Positions 62,564 to 64,000 of a stretch of DNA of 64,000 nt are shown in pieces; position 1 is the first letter of the stretch; each line of letters starts with the position of its first letter. This stretch comes from Patescibacteria group bacterium. GTDB taxonomy: Bacteria; Patescibacteriota; Dojkabacteria; JAKAPS01. The notes below the pieces were generated by a model. The model had not been told where the DNA came from. It did no database searches and saw only the letters and a list, made by a program, of their open reading frames with translations. A program made the position numbers and the translations under genes. Where the stretch lies: positions 32,800-96,799 of the forward strand of contig JANWIC010000003.1 of NCBI GenBank assembly GCA_025450075.1, read 5' to 3'.

Positions 62564-63385
62564 ATGGCAACATTACCATCAGTAAAAGACCTGCTGGAAG
62601 CAGGCGTGCACTTCGGCCATCAAACAAAAAGATGGAACCCGAAAATGAGAGAATTCATCTTCACTCAGAAGAATGATATACATATTATTGACCTATCCAA
62701 GACTCTTATTAATCTTGAAGAAGCAGTCAATTTTCTTGAAAGCAAAGTATCTTCAGGAGGAAGCATTCTTTTTGTAGGAACAAAGAGACAAGCCCAAGAA
62801 GTTGTCGAAGATATTGCAAAAAGAACAGGTGTTTTTTATGTGACAAACCGATGGGTTGGAGGACTCCTTACCAATTTTTCCATTACAAAAAAGAACATCA
62901 ATAAAATGATTGAGTTGCAAATGGGTATGGAGAAAGGTTTTGAGAACAGAACAAAGCAAGAAATTTCTTTAATGGGAAAAGAGCTTGAAAGATTAGAAAG
63001 ACTGTATGGAGGGATTAAAGGACTAATGGGAAAACCTTCTGTTATTGTTCTTGCTGATCCTCACCATGAACGAATTGCAGTAAAGGAAGCACAAAAACTG
63101 GGTATTCCGGTTATTGGTGTTGTTGATACCAATTGCGATCCGGATGAAGTAACCTATGCAATTCCTGGAAATGATGATGCGATTAAATCTATCTCATTGT
63201 TCTTTAATCTGTTCGCTCAAGTGATAGACGATGCAAAGAAAAACATTGCATCAAAAGAAGAAAAAGTTGAAGTACCAGCTGAAAAAACAGAGAAAAAGAC
63301 AGAACCAAAAAAAGATACTAAAGAAAAGAAAGCTGTTGTAAAGACAAAGGCAGATACAAAGAAAACGAAAGCAAAAAATTCCTAA
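62564..63385 (+). CDS. rpsB: 30S ribosomal protein S2
   Basis: LLEAGVHFGHQ, RWVGG.LTN, DTNCDP, PGNDDA; Lys-rich tail. Confidence 0.98.
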   Translation: MATLPSVKDLLEAGVHFGHQTKRWNPKMREFIFTQKNDIHIIDLSKTLINLEEAVNFLESKVSSGGSILFVGTKRQAQEVVEDIAKRTGVFYVTNRWVGGLLTNFSITKKNINKMIELQMGMEKGFENRTKQEISLMGKELERLERLYGGIKGLMGKPSVIVLADPHHERIAVKEAQKLGIPVIGVVDTNCDPDEVTYAIPGNDDAIKSISLFFNLFAQVIDDAKKNIASKEEKVEVPAEKTEKKTEPKKDTKEKKAVVKTKADTKKTKAKNS

Positions 63386-63400
63386 ATTATTCTGACCCAT

Positions 63401-63982
63401 ATGACAAGTATTGAAGATATTAAAAAACTAAGAGAAATGACTTCAGTTGGAGTTGCTGATGCAAAAAAAGCATTGGAAGCTTCAAACGGTGATTTTGATA
63501 AAGCAAAAGACTGGCTTCGAAAAAAGGGCCTTACAAAAGCAGTTGAAAAGGCAGATAGGGACGCACGTGAAGGATTAGTCGGGAGCTATATTCATCAAAC
63601 AGGAAAAATTGGTGTTTTGGTTGAAATTAATTGTGAAACCGATTTTGTCGCAAGGACTGATGATTTTAAAAATTTTGCACATGATATTGCGATGCATATC
63701 GCAGCTTTTGATCCTGAATTTGTTTCTTCAGAAGATATTGATAAAAAGACTTTGGATAAAGTAAAAGAGGAGTATGCAGATGAAGTAAAATCAAAACCAG
63801 CTGCTGTTCAAGAACAAATTATGAAAGGGAAACTTGAGAAATATTATTCTCAGGTATGTCTTTTAAACCAACCCTTTATCAAAGATGATTCAATAACAGT
63901 CGGTGAGTTGGTTGGAGAAATGGTCGGAAAGTTAGGGGAAAATATTAAAATAGGGAAGTTTAGCCGTATCCAAATAGGATAA
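63401..63982 (+). CDS. tsf: Elongation factor Ts (short form)
   Basis: IKKLREMT, EINCETDFVA, LLNQPFIKD. Confidence 0.97.
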   Translation: MTSIEDIKKLREMTSVGVADAKKALEASNGDFDKAKDWLRKKGLTKAVEKADRDAREGLVGSYIHQTGKIGVLVEINCETDFVARTDDFKNFAHDIAMHIAAFDPEFVSSEDIDKKTLDKVKEEYADEVKSKPAAVQEQIMKGKLEKYYSQVCLLNQPFIKDDSITVGELVGEMVGKLGENIKIGKFSRIQIG

Positions 63983-64000
63983 TTGCAAAATATACTTCTT

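Noticed and set aside
10412-62959. Numerous antisense or alternate-frame ORFs within core genes (e.g. 10874-11359, 26436-27101, 34087-34635)
   Set aside because: They fully overlap well-supported genes and are explained by codon-pattern shadows

Overview
This is an AT-rich chromosomal window from a compact-genome bacterium. The divergent rRNA signature positions, the 23S intron and the gene mix point to Patescibacteria/CPR, but that placement is inferred. The standard code 11 is used. The window holds one rRNA operon (16S, tRNA-Ile, tRNA-Ala, 23S, 5S) whose 23S carries a group I intron at E. coli U2500 with a frameshifted LAGLIDADG endonuclease, plus six further tRNAs. Core genes are rpsA, clpC, radA, rho, leuS, two tandem ndk, two mreB, mreCD, mrdA, glgA, the rpmG-secE-nusG-rplKAJL block, rpmB, priA, trpS, topA, nth, rsmE, rpsB and tsf. 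These are interspersed with orphan genes and decayed genes (kinase-like, Fic-like, PQ-loop-like). The most interesting signals are: (1) a transcriptional Trp T-box with an ultra-short, actinobacterial-ileS-style Stem I before trpS; (2) a promoter-to-terminator structured RNA before rho with mutually exclusive hairpins and an RNRNRNR mini-ORF; (3) a compact 6S-RNA-like fold; (4) an AAA+/wHTH protein with all nuclease catalytic residues replaced, next to 11-bp-phased TGTACA repeats; (5) an orphan CydB-like protein; (6) natural changes at ribosomal drug-binding sites. No CRISPR array, transposase or integrase was seen. All calls were made by eye, without database searches or folding software.
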